64,000 nt of DNA from Gammaproteobacteria bacterium (GTDB lineage: Bacteria > Pseudomonadota > Gammaproteobacteria > Eutrophobiales > Eutrophobiaceae): contig CBDCTH010000012.1 in the NCBI GenBank assembly GCA_965222155.1, positions 3,136,001 to 3,200,000 of the forward strand, read 5' to 3'. Of this stretch, positions 51,392 to 61,141 are shown one piece after another. Within the stretch, counting starts at the first letter, position 1; each line of letters starts with the position of its first letter. Position numbers and translations under genes: made by a program. The notes under the pieces are model-generated. The model was not told the origin of the DNA. It did not search any database and was given only the letters and a program-made list of their open reading frames with translations.

Positions 51392-51397
51392 AGGCAT

Positions 51398-51895
51398 ATG
51401 GAAAGTTATATCGGGTTGGGCAGCAATCTTGATAACCCGGAATTACAGTTGACTACTGCCTTGGCGGCATTGAACGGTATCACGGACACTACCCTGGTGC
51501 AATATTCCTCATTCTACAGGAGTATACCGCTCGGCCCGGGCGCGCAACCTGATTTCATTAACGCGGTCGCCCTGATCGAAACCGACTTGACGGCAAAACA
51601 GCTCCTGGGTCGATTGCAGTTGATTGAAAACCGCCAGGGACGCGTTCGAGATGGACATAAATGGGGGCCGCGCACACTGGATCTTGATATGTTACTGTAT
51701 GGCAACGAGATCATAGACGAACCGGAGTTAACTGTACCCCACCCTGAAATGCGACATCGGAACTTTGTATTGATGCCACTATTTGAACTGGCCCCCGACG
51801 TGGAGATTCCGGGTCTGGGCAGGGTTGTCGAATTGCTGGCCGATATCGGCAGCGCAGGTATAACAAAACTGGGTGAGTGCAGCGCTGATGGATAA
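51398..51895 (+). CDS. folK: 6-hydroxymethyl-dihydropterin pyrophosphokinase
   Basis: YIGLGSNL, WGPRTLDLD, PHP...RNFV. Confidence 0.96.
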   Translation: MESYIGLGSNLDNPELQLTTALAALNGITDTTLVQYSSFYRSIPLGPGAQPDFINAVALIETDLTAKQLLGRLQLIENRQGRVRDGHKWGPRTLDLDMLLYGNEIIDEPELTVPHPEMRHRNFVLMPLFELAPDVEIPGLGRVVELLADIGSAGITKLGECSADG

Positions 51896-52532
51896 AGACA
51901 CATTCGGGTATATAGTTGTGGAAGGCCCGGTTGGTGCCGGCAAAACAGGGCTGGCAAGACGACTGGCTGACAACCTGGACATTAATCTGTTGTTGGAGCG
52001 CGCCATCGGCAATCCCTTTCTGCCGGAGATTTACCAACACCCGGGTTCCGCCGCCTTATCGGCACAGTTACATTTTTTATTCGAGCACGTAAAGCAGGTG
52101 CGGGCGCTCCGACAAGCTGACCTGTTCTCGCCCAACCAGGTAGCCGATTTCCTGATCCAGGCGAACAGGTTATTTGCTGAAGCCACGTTGACTCCGGACG
52201 AGCTGGACTTGTACTACCAGGTCTACAACATCCTGATCGACGATGCCCCTGTCCCTGACCTGGTCATCTATCTGCAGTCGTCTGTCGAAGTGATGGTAAA
52301 GCGCATCCGCGCCCGTGACGGGAACCATGAGATAAAAATTGACAGGGATTACCTGCAAAAAATTTCAGATGCTTATACTGACTTTTTCTATCATTATGAT
52401 GCTTCGTCGTTACTGATTGTCAACACGACGGACCTGGACTTCAGCGGTGAGCGCGGCGACTATGACGTGTTGTTGAATTACCTGGAGGGTATCGGCCCGG
52501 GACGACATTACTTTAACCCCCAGGAACTATGA
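51888..52532 (+). CDS. Deoxynucleoside kinase family protein
   Basis: VEGPVGAGKT, NPFL, PDLVIYL. Confidence 0.9.
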   Translation: MDKDTFGYIVVEGPVGAGKTGLARRLADNLDINLLLERAIGNPFLPEIYQHPGSAALSAQLHFLFEHVKQVRALRQADLFSPNQVADFLIQANRLFAEATLTPDELDLYYQVYNILIDDAPVPDLVIYLQSSVEVMVKRIRARDGNHEIKIDRDYLQKISDAYTDFFYHYDASSLLIVNTTDLDFSGERGDYDVLLNYLEGIGPGRHYFNPQEL

Positions 52533-53326
52533 CTGAAAAAATTACAATTGCCCACTTGCACGGGCTGAAAAAGGCGGGTGAGAAAATTGTCAGCCTGACC
52601 GCGTATGACACGAGTTTTGCCAGGATACTGGATGCGGCCGGCGTGGAAATTGTACTGGTGGGAGATTCGCTGGGCATGGTATTGCATGGTAAGGAGGATA
52701 CCCTTGCCGTTTCCATGGAAGACATGGTCTACCACAGCAGGATAGTCAGTGAGGCCTGTCGGCGAGCACTGGTCGTGGTCGACATGCCCTATCGGAGTTA
52801 TATGACCGAATCTGCGGCGTATGCCAGTGCGCTCAGACTGATAGAGGCGGGCGGGGCCGAGATTGTCAAGCTGGAAGGTGGCGTGGAGCAAGCGGACATC
52901 GTGGCGAGCCTGGTAGACCGGGGTATTCCCGTTTGCGGCCATGTCGGTTTGCTGCCACAATCCGTCAGGGAGCACGGGGGATACAAAGTCCAGGGCAGGA
53001 GTATAGAGCAGGCTGAACGCATTATGGCAGACTCCAGGGCATTACAGGCGGCAGGCGCCTGTATGGTGGTCCTGGAATGTATCCCTGCTGCCCTGGCTGA
53101 ACGTATCAGCAGGGAGATCACAATCCCCACGATAGGTATAGGGGCGGGAGTGAACTGTGACGGGCAGGTCCTGGTGGTATATGATGTAGTGGGTTTGTCG
53201 GCGCGCGCCCCGAAAATGGCAAAGAATTTCCTGGATGAAGCCGGTAGCATCCAGGCGGCTGTGAAAGAATATGTGTGCGCGGTAAAATCCGGTCAGTTCC
53301 CGGGGCCGGAACACTCATTCGAATAA
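52529..53326 (+). CDS. panB: Ketopantoate hydroxymethyltransferase
   Basis: TAYD, LVGDSLGM, KLEGG, GHVGLLPQ. Confidence 0.97.
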   Translation: MTEKITIAHLHGLKKAGEKIVSLTAYDTSFARILDAAGVEIVLVGDSLGMVLHGKEDTLAVSMEDMVYHSRIVSEACRRALVVVDMPYRSYMTESAAYASALRLIEAGGAEIVKLEGGVEQADIVASLVDRGIPVCGHVGLLPQSVREHGGYKVQGRSIEQAERIMADSRALQAAGACMVVLECIPAALAERISREITIPTIGIGAGVNCDGQVLVVYDVVGLSARAPKMAKNFLDEAGSIQAAVKEYVCAVKSGQFPGPEHSFE

Positions 53327-53399
53327 TATAATAATGGAATTATCGAACCAGCAAACCGTGGATGAACACATAACTGCGCCCTTCACCGGGACGCCGATT

Positions 53400-54254
53400 A
53401 TGCAAACCGTATCGAGTTTGACCGGGTTGCGTTCCATTATCGGCAGGTGGAAAAGGTCGGGATATACCATTGCCCTTGTTCCTACCATGGGGAACCTGCA
53501 TGACGGGCATATCTCATTGCTCAACCACGCCCGCGAATGCGCTGATCGGACTGTGTTGAGTATATTTGTCAACCCGATACAATTCGGTAAAGGGGAGGAT
53601 TACGACAAGTATCCCAGTACGCTGGCCGATGACAAGAACAAACTGGAAAAATATGGACTTGACCTGCTGTTTACTCCCGATTTGAAACAACTTTATCCCG
53701 GCGGCACCGATATCGATACCCGAATCAATGTGCCCGAATTATCGAACATACTGTGCGGCGAATCCAGGCCCAACCATTTCTCCGGCGTTGCCACTGTGGT
53801 GGCAAAACTGCTCGGCAATGTTCAACCGGACATGGCTTTTTTCGGCGAGAAGGATTACCAGCAATTGCTCGTCATCAAACGCATTGCTCATGATTTATGC
53901 CTGCCTGTCGATATCGTCGGATTGCCCATCGTGCGGGAACCCGACGGGCTGGCAATGAGTTCCCGTAACGCCTACCTGGCACAGAACGAACGGCGCAGGG
54001 CGCCGGAGATTTACCTGACACTGAAAGCTGCCGCAGAGAGCTTGCGGCACGGCAAAAAAGGCATTGATGATATAGAACAGGAGGCACTGGCCAGGTTGGA
54101 GAAAGCCGGGTTCAGGCCGGAATACGTCAGCATCAGGCGCAGCGAAGATCTGCGCACGCCGATGCCGGGTGATACCCGGTTATCTATCCTGGTCGCCGCC
54201 TGGCTGGGCCCGGCCCGGTTGATTGATAACCTTAAAGTCCGGATTACACCCTGA
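53400..54254 (+). CDS. panC: Pantoate--beta-alanine ligase
   Basis: PTMGNLHDGH, FGEKDYQQ, GLAMSSRN, RLIDN. Confidence 0.97.
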   Translation: MQTVSSLTGLRSIIGRWKRSGYTIALVPTMGNLHDGHISLLNHARECADRTVLSIFVNPIQFGKGEDYDKYPSTLADDKNKLEKYGLDLLFTPDLKQLYPGGTDIDTRINVPELSNILCGESRPNHFSGVATVVAKLLGNVQPDMAFFGEKDYQQLLVIKRIAHDLCLPVDIVGLPIVREPDGLAMSSRNAYLAQNERRRAPEIYLTLKAAAESLRHGKKGIDDIEQEALARLEKAGFRPEYVSIRRSEDLRTPMPGDTRLSILVAAWLGPARLIDNLKVRITP

Positions 54255-54288
54255 CAGGACCCGCCACCTTAATGCGTGATGACGTATT

Positions 54289-55050
54289 GTGAAACAATCA
54301 GACCAGATAACTGCGTGCCTGATCATCATCGGCAATGAAATTCTATCCGGCCGCACCCAGGATGCAAACCTGGCGATCGTCGGAAAAAAATGTGACGCCC
54401 TGGGGATCCGTCTTACGGAGACCAGGGTCATTCCCGATGTTGAGGCAACCATCATCACGACGGTCAACGCCTGCCGGACCGACTTCACCTATGTCTTTAC
54501 CACCGGCGGTATCGGACCCACCCATGATGATATCACCGCGGCAGCCATCGCCCGTGCATTCGACGTTGAACTGGAACGCAACAGTGAAGCCGTGGCAGCA
54601 ATGGACCGGTATTACGAGCCCGGCCGTTTAACCGAAGCCAGGCTGAAAATGGCGGATATACCGGCAGGCGCCCGGTTGATAGACAACCCGGTCAGCGGCG
54701 CGCCGGGATTTCAGCTTGATAACGTGTTCGTACTGCCCGGGGTTCCGGTCATAATGGAGGCCATGTTAGAAGGGCTTACCGACAGGCTGGTTGGTGGAGA
54801 ACCGGTTCTCACGGAAAATGTCACAACCAACCTCGCCGAAAGTGTGATAGCCGATGACCTTGGGGCCTTACAGGAAATGTACCCCGATGTCAGTATGGGT
54901 AGTTACCCATATTTCAGGAAAGGAAAACTCGGTGTGAACCTGGTGCTGCGCGCCACAAATAAAGCCCGGATAAAAGCTGCTGCAGACGAGCTTGGGACAA
55001 CCATTGCCGGGTTAAAGGGTAAAATATTGAACCAGCGGACTCTATTGTAA
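54289..55050 (+). CDS. CinA-like molybdopterin-binding domain protein
   Basis: IGNEILSGRTQD, GGIGPTHDD, LPGVP. Confidence 0.9.
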   Translation: MKQSDQITACLIIIGNEILSGRTQDANLAIVGKKCDALGIRLTETRVIPDVEATIITTVNACRTDFTYVFTTGGIGPTHDDITAAAIARAFDVELERNSEAVAAMDRYYEPGRLTEARLKMADIPAGARLIDNPVSGAPGFQLDNVFVLPGVPVIMEAMLEGLTDRLVGGEPVLTENVTTNLAESVIADDLGALQEMYPDVSMGSYPYFRKGKLGVNLVLRATNKARIKAAADELGTTIAGLKGKILNQRTLL

Positions 55051-55076
55051 ATCGCCCCCTTTTCTTCCATGACGTT

Positions 55077-55787
55077 ATGAAGATCGACGACGGTATCACC
55101 GCAAAACGTTCCGCCTGGGCATTCACCGCTGAGATAGCGGAGGCATTCCCGGAACACGCCACACGTTCCATTCCCTGTTATCAGGACGGACATGATCTCA
55201 TCTGTCATCTGAGTGATTTTTTCGTAGCGCCGGACAGTGTTGTTTATGACCTCGGCTGTTCAACCGGCCAGTTGCTGGAAAAACTGGCCGCGTATAATCA
55301 GCATAAGGCCAATGTGCGCTGGATAGGGCTGGATAAGGAGCAGGACATGATCAACCAGGCGCTGAAAACCTGTGCCGGCCTGAATAATGTGGAGTTCCAT
55401 TGCGAGGACATACTGACCTGCGGATTCGATAAGCCCGACATGATCATTGCTTATTATACGGTCCAGTTTATCGAAGAGAGGAACAGGCAGGCATTGATCG
55501 ACAAGATATACCAGGCGCTGAACTGGGGCGGGGCATTCATCCTGTTTGAAAAAGTCGGCGCGCCCGATTCCCGTTTCCAGGACATGATGTCCTGTTTGTA
55601 CCGTGAATTCAAACAACGCAACGGCTTCAGTTCCGATGAGATACTGAACAAGGAAACCAGCCTGAAAGGCGTGCTGAAACCGTTTTCCACGGCCGGCAAC
55701 CTGGGCCTGCTGAACCGGGCTGGTTTTGTGGACGTGATGACCATCATGAAATACGTCAGTTTCGAAGGCTTTCTTGCCATCAAGTAG
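55077..55787 (+). CDS. CmoA-like SAM-dependent enzyme
   Basis: RSIPCY, YDLGCSTG, YTVQF, EK motifs. Confidence 0.82.
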   Translation: MKIDDGITAKRSAWAFTAEIAEAFPEHATRSIPCYQDGHDLICHLSDFFVAPDSVVYDLGCSTGQLLEKLAAYNQHKANVRWIGLDKEQDMINQALKTCAGLNNVEFHCEDILTCGFDKPDMIIAYYTVQFIEERNRQALIDKIYQALNWGGAFILFEKVGAPDSRFQDMMSCLYREFKQRNGFSSDEILNKETSLKGVLKPFSTAGNLGLLNRAGFVDVMTIMKYVSFEGFLAIK

Positions 55788-55832
55788 ACCTGGGTTATTG
55801 ACGTAGCGGGTGTCGTGCCACCACCATTCTAA

Positions 55833-55984
55833 GGAACCTCTGATTAAGTCAGAGGTTCCTACGATACAAGGATGTATCGTCAAAATCAATGCCGATAAGG
55901 CATTGATTTTGTGAGGAAAACAAAAATCGCAATTTTTGTTTTCCGTACTCTGACAAGTCCTGGATGGACTTGTTCAGAGTTTCC
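55833..55984. mobile_element. 152-bp IS5-like MITE made of five tandem hairpins
   Basis: TIR ggaacctctgattaagtc / gacttgttcagagtttcc (15/18); CTAA on both sides (55829-55832, 55985-55988). Confidence 0.8.
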
Positions 55985-56046
55985 CTAAGTTGCAATATGC
56001 AATATCCTGCCATGTGCGGGCAATGAACTATTGACGGGAACTGCCT

Positions 56047-56991
56047 TCATCGTCGTAATACCAGAAAAATACCGATGCCGATAAGCACCGCACAGATGAT
56101 GTGGTAATACTGCAGGTGTTCATCCAGGAAGATAATCGCCATGATGGTTGCAAAGATTGGGATCAGGTTGATGAACATGCCGGCGCGGCTCGGACCGATG
56201 AGTTGATTCCCTTGGTTCCACAGCAGTATCCCGAATACGGTTCCCACCAATGTCATGCCGACAATAGCGTATAGTGCGATAGCGTTGAGCGGCACCGGTC
56301 TGTAGATGAGGGTTTCGATGATATAAAACGGAATCACAAGAATACTGCCCGTTAAGATGATCATGAACAGGGCTTCAACAGGACTCAGCATTTTGGGAAT
56401 TTTCCCTATGTTGACCGCATACAGCGCATAACCGGCTGAGCCCAGCACTATCAGGATGTCTCCGAGATTGAACTGTAACCGGAGCAGCGCCGCCAGGTCC
56501 ATCCTGGCAATCATGGCTATAACACCGACAAGCCCCAGCGTAACACCGCAAATCTGCGACAATCGCAACCGTTCATGCAGTAACAGCATAGCCAGCAACA
56601 CGGTGAACACGGGTTGTATGGCATTGATTATGGAGGCATTGATCGCCGTGGTGAAATTCAGGCCGATGAGGATGAGGGTCGTGCTCGTAATCATGATGCC
56701 GCCGAGCAGGGTGAGCGGCCGGATATGCGCCCGGATAACCGATGCGTTCAGTTTCAGCCTCGGGTAGATGAATGGCAACAGGATAAACGCCCCGAGAAAC
56801 CAGCGCCAGAATGACAACCCCACAGGCGGCACTTCGGTTCGAATACCGCGCCCCACCACATGGACAAAGGCAAAGGCAAGCGAAGCCAATGTGAGAATCA
56901 GGCAAGCATATAACCCAGTACGGGATCGAAACAGGCTGATGTTTGATTCGGCAGGTCCGGATGTTTTCACCATTCCAGTATTTTCTACCAT
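56047..56991 (-). CDS. DMT/EamA family transporter
   Basis: SFWRW, TTAINASII, ERL, NLGD, FINLIP; about 10 TM segments. Confidence 0.92.
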   Translation of the reverse strand: MVENTGMVKTSGPAESNISLFRSRTGLYACLILTLASLAFAFVHVVGRGIRTEVPPVGLSFWRWFLGAFILLPFIYPRLKLNASVIRAHIRPLTLLGGIMITSTTLILIGLNFTTAINASIINAIQPVFTVLLAMLLLHERLRLSQICGVTLGLVGVIAMIARMDLAALLRLQFNLGDILIVLGSAGYALYAVNIGKIPKMLSPVEALFMIILTGSILVIPFYIIETLIYRPVPLNAIALYAIVGMTLVGTVFGILLWNQGNQLIGPSRAGMFINLIPIFATIMAIIFLDEHLQYYHIICAVLIGIGIFLVLRR

Positions 56992-57063
56992 AGCAAGGTT
57001 GTATTCAAAGATTGATCTGCTCCGCCATCATTACCTGACCCTGGTAGAGAGTGATACGGTTGT

Positions 57064-57087
57064 TTGGTGCCGGGAGAGGGATTAGAA
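57064..57087 (-). repeat. att-like duplicate of the tRNA-Leu 3' end
   Basis: ttggtgccgggagagggattagaa vs ttggtgccgggagagagactcgaa at 60967 (first 15 bp identical). Confidence 0.85.
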
Positions 57088-57572
57088 ATATTTATACAAC
57101 GTATTGATTATATTTGTATTTCTATTATATCTACTAGGCTCTCCCCACAATATTCCCAACATAATAATAAATACATACGTGTGTATAACCACTTGTTTCC
57201 CATGTTTGCATGCTAGGTCTGCAATTGTGAGAAGACGATAATTAGCTATACATGCAACTAAATATCCGCTAGTTAAACGGATCTGCGGTTTAATCTCAGT
57301 AACTTAAATGTCGGTAAGTAGTAATTGCGATATGTAGAACTAAATATTACGAGAACAGCGCACCAAGACAGGTACCATTAAGAATTCTGGGTAGTAGATT
57401 CAGTTCAAAATTCACTTTTTTGTGTGTGCCACGGTTTATTAGGTGGTTAAACAAGTCTGGTATTTTGCAAAAGTTTAATTTATTGTTTTTACTATATTAG
57501 GTATGTAGAATATCCAAAAGCGAGGCCTGTCTATTCGTATCTATACGATTTTTCTATAAAAATTTTGATTCA

Positions 57573-57932
57573 ATGACTCAGAAATCTCAAACTAGAGGAA
57601 ATGGTGGCGTAAAGCTTCCTGAACGAGTTAAATTCCATTATTTAAAAGCTACGCATTTCAGAACTATACATGCAGATGGTGCTATCGGTAATATTACGCC
57701 TGCGGGTTACATCCATATGGCAATGTATAATGAGCGGCCCGCAATACCACGGGAATTAGTTCATAAAATAAATCCTGATGGGACTTTGGGTGAAATCATA
57801 CCGGAGGAGACAGTTGACCGCGGAGGAATAGTAAGAGAAATGGAAGTAGATGTATTAATGAGTGTTGAAGTTACAAGAAGTATAATAAATTGGCTGGAAG
57901 ATAAAATAAAATCGATTGAAAAAAGGAAATAA
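57573..57932 (+). CDS. Hypothetical protein, island operon gene 1
   Basis: Intact 119-aa AT-rich ORF; FRTIHADGAIG, YNER, IVREMEV. Confidence 0.8.
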   Translation: MTQKSQTRGNGGVKLPERVKFHYLKATHFRTIHADGAIGNITPAGYIHMAMYNERPAIPRELVHKINPDGTLGEIIPEETVDRGGIVREMEVDVLMSVEVTRSIINWLEDKIKSIEKRK

Positions 57933-57959
57933 TTAAATCATCAAAAGAGTGAGTGAGAT

Positions 57960-58427
57960 ATGAATTATGCCGCGATATTAGAAGTAGACGATTCCAGCCA
58001 GTATCTTTCTGGTGGATTTTGGAGAACCATTACACGTCCAGAGCCAGCAAAAATTAGAACTAAATCAATAGCTCCTACTCTTGTCCCAAATTATCGAAAA
58101 ACAGTACAAAAAGAGGCTGAAAATTTTGAAAATGAAGTGAAGTTTTTAATCGAACGATGGACAAATGAAGTTAAGAATATATCTTCATTTTCAGATATGG
58201 TTTCGCATAAAGATTATAAAACTATCTCAGCTAAAGGCAGTGGGGTTATTCCTATTTTGTTAAATGAATTACGTCACAGGCCTCATTTCTGGTTCGATGC
58301 ATTACAAATACTCATAAAAGCAAATCTGGGTATTGATGAAGACCCAGTAAATGAAGTGGATCGTGGCGATTTACTTAAAATGGCAGCCGCGTGGATAGCC
58401 TGGGGGGAAGAATACGAGTTAATTTAA
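57960..58427 (+). CDS. Hypothetical protein, island operon gene 2
   Basis: Intact 155-aa ORF; helical C-terminal part with VIPILLNEL, HFWFDAL, AAAWIAWG. Confidence 0.8.
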   Translation: MNYAAILEVDDSSQYLSGGFWRTITRPEPAKIRTKSIAPTLVPNYRKTVQKEAENFENEVKFLIERWTNEVKNISSFSDMVSHKDYKTISAKGSGVIPILLNELRHRPHFWFDALQILIKANLGIDEDPVNEVDRGDLLKMAAAWIAWGEEYELI

Positions 58428-58431
58428 AAAA

Positions 58432-58860
58432 ATGCCATTGGACACGAAACAGTTTCCTAATGCTTTACAAGGATGCTTCGATAGAAGCCCTGAAAGTAGA
58501 TTCTATAATTGTATAGCTTTCGTAGCGGGGGATACTGCACGCAACTGGTGGCCAAATAGCCGAATGACGTATTGGCCAAAAGATATTCCAGCAAAAGAGA
58601 CAGTTAATTCTTTTCTCAAATTATATCAATATCTTGGATACACAAATTGCAAAGATGGATCGTATGAAAATGGCTTTGAAAAAGTTGCGATATATGCTTT
58701 AAATAAAAAAGTTACACATGCTGCTCGCCAGTTATCCAATGGAAATTGGGAAAGTAAAATTGGACATAATGTGGATATTGAGCATGAGACAGTTGAAAAT
58801 CTTGAGGGGCCGTGTTACGGGACAGCTGTTCGATATCTTAAACGGCCAAAATCAAGCTAG
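58432..58860 (+). CDS. Hypothetical protein, putative papain-like Cys-His enzyme, island operon gene 3
   Basis: Intact 142-aa ORF; YNC27IAF, TH96AARQ, WESKIG. Confidence 0.75.
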   Translation: MPLDTKQFPNALQGCFDRSPESRFYNCIAFVAGDTARNWWPNSRMTYWPKDIPAKETVNSFLKLYQYLGYTNCKDGSYENGFEKVAIYALNKKVTHAARQLSNGNWESKIGHNVDIEHETVENLEGPCYGTAVRYLKRPKSS

Positions 58861-58862
58861 CT

Positions 58863-59560
58863 GGGACTGTAAATATTTCTGTGTAAATCGCCGGTTAAAC
58901 ATAATCAATCAGCCGGTCCTCAAACTCAATGATAAACCGGTTCAGCGCCCCTTTCCCGTTACGGATCGGCATGGTCCATTTTTTTGAAGCATCCATGACC
59001 GCCAGGTAGACGACCTTCCTGGTCGAATCGTCCGAGGGGAACAGCTTGCGCTTCTTGATGGCTTTGCGGATCACGCTGTTCAGGGATTCGACCGCATTGG
59101 TCGACTAGATCGCTTTACGAATGTCTTCCGGATAGCGGAACAGGGTGTTCAGGTTGTGCCAGTGATGGCGCCAGGTTCGACTGATATGGGGATATTTCTC
59201 ATCCCAGCGTGCCGCAAACTGGTCCAGCGCCAACAGCGCCTCGTCCTCGGTGGCCGATTGGTAGATCCGCTTTAACTCTGCGCTGACGGCCTTGTAGTCC
59301 TTCCAGGGTACATACTTCATGGAATTGCGTACCCTGTGCACAATACAGCGCTGAATCTGCGTAGCCGGGAAGACGCTGTTGATGGCATCGGGGAATCCCT
59401 TTAGCCCATCCACGCAGGCAATCAGGATGTCCTTCACCCCGCGATTCTGCAGCTCTGTGAGGATAGCCAGCCAGCATTTGGCCCCCTCACTCTCGGCCAG
59501 CCACAGCCCCAGTCACGCCTTGTAACCCGCCAGATTCACCCCCAGCGCCAGGTAGATCGT
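58863..59560 (-). mobile_element. IS256-family remnant (3' part, pseudogene)
   Basis: DILIACVDGLKGF, QRCIVH, NAVESLN, KKWTMP fragments with stops; end gggactgtaaatatttctgtgtaaat. Confidence 0.9.
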
Positions 59561-60871
59561 CGTCCCTGAAAAACCCGATAATTCATTATAACTCATTGAT
59601 CATATTGACGTAAGTTGTATTTATTCCTGGACTGATATTGCCGGTTTTGGTATCATGGGTCTTCATTTTCTTGCACTATCGGAGGCAAAAATGATGCCCA
59701 GGCACGCTGACGCTGATACCCGCACCGCCACCGACCTGTTCCGCGAACGACTGGACACTATGCTCAACCCACGGCATCCGTTATAGCGCCTGGCCGATCG
59801 GGTGGACTGGTCGGTGTTGGACAAGGCATTCGGCTCGCTGTAGTGCCCGGACAACGGCGGTCCGGGGACACCGACGCGGGTGAGGGTGGGGTTGCTCTAT
59901 CTCAAGCATAGGTACGGGTTATCCGATGCGGCGGTGGTGTCGGGCTGGGTGGAGAATCCGTACTGGCAGTCTGTCTGCGGGGCGGTGTACTTTCAGCACG
60001 AGGCGCCGCTAGACCCGAGCAGTGTGACGCGGTATCGCCAACGCATCGGTGAGACGGGCTGTGAGCGGCTGTTGCAGGTGACGGTGGCGGCGGGGGTGCA
60101 GCGCGGGACAGTGACGCCCCGTAACGTCAAGCGGGTGACGGTGGACACCCCGGTACCGGAGCAGGCGGTGAGTTATGCGACCGACAGCAAGCTGTTGAAC
60201 CGGTCACGAGCGCGTCGGGTACGGTGATGTCGCAAGCAGGGGGTCACAGTACGTCAGAGCACTGCCCGCCAGGGACCCAAGGCGCTGCAACAGGCCAAGC
60301 GCTACGCTCATGCGAAACAGTACCGGCGACTGCGGCGTTGCGTGAAGCGCTTACGCACCTGCCTGGGCCGGGGAGTGCGTGACAGTGACCGTAAAACCGC
60401 GGATAACAAGGCACAGCAGGCGCTGTTTGCGGACGAGTTGGCCCTGGCCAAGCGACTGCTGGTGCAACAGAAACAGGCTAAAAATAAGCGGTACTCCCTG
60501 CACGCCCCGGAGGTGGCGTGCATCAGCAAGGGGACAGTGGCGAAGCGGTATGACAAATCGTCAAGACAGACGATTTGCACGGCGCAAGCCGCCCGCAGGG
60601 TTGCGCCCAGAGCCTGCCCCCCTGCTTACAACCGCAGGGGCAAGCTCTGTATGGAGTTGAGCAGGGGGAGGGGCGCAATGAATTCGGGGTGAAGGCGAGT
60701 AGTGCCACGACGAACAAGAGCAACGTTGTCGTGGGCGGTAGGGCCGTGCCGGGCAACCCCTATGACGGGCACACCTTGAAGACGGCCCTGGCACAGGTGC
60801 GGCGCTTGACCGGGACAAGTAGTGACGAGGCGTTTGTGGACAGCGGCTATCGGGGGCATGATAATGGATAG
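59561..60871 (+). mobile_element. IS5-family remnant (pseudogene), carrying nested hairpin elements
   Basis: WVENPYWQ, DPSSVTR, YSLHAPEVACISKG, EFGVK, GNPYDGHTL, VDSGYRG; several stops. Confidence 0.9.
60554..60681. mobile_element. Third copy of the 72-bp hairpin element, expanded by 56 bp
   Basis: Splits the transposase motif KRY-EFGVK at tatga|attc. Confidence 0.88.
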
Positions 60872-60967
60872 AAGATGTCAAGAACTGATGAGAGAATAAT
60901 TATCAATAAAAAATAATAGTTTATATGACATAAACAGGACTTTATGAAAGACTATAAAACAGAGAAT

Positions 60968-61054
60968 TGGTGCCGGGAGAGAGACTCGAACTCTCACTCT
61001 GTTGCCAGAACCGGATTTTGAGTCCGGCGCGTCTACCAGTTCCGCCACCCCGGC
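60968..61054 (-). tRNA. tRNA-Leu (anticodon CAA)
   Basis: GCCGGGGTGGCGGAACTGGTAGACGCG CCGGA CT CAA AA TCCGG, long variable arm, CCA end; 87 nt. Confidence 0.95.
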
Positions 61055-61141
61055 TTTAGATAAAGGAATGAAGGACTGTTAAGTATAAGGAAACCCGCGA
61101 GTTTGTTAAACAGTTTCGTCGTATTTGTTACACTCAGCCGT

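Noticed and set aside
51251-51397. 49-aa N-terminal extension of FolK
   Set aside because: Derived from MITE copy 4; the FolK motif starts at ATG 51398.
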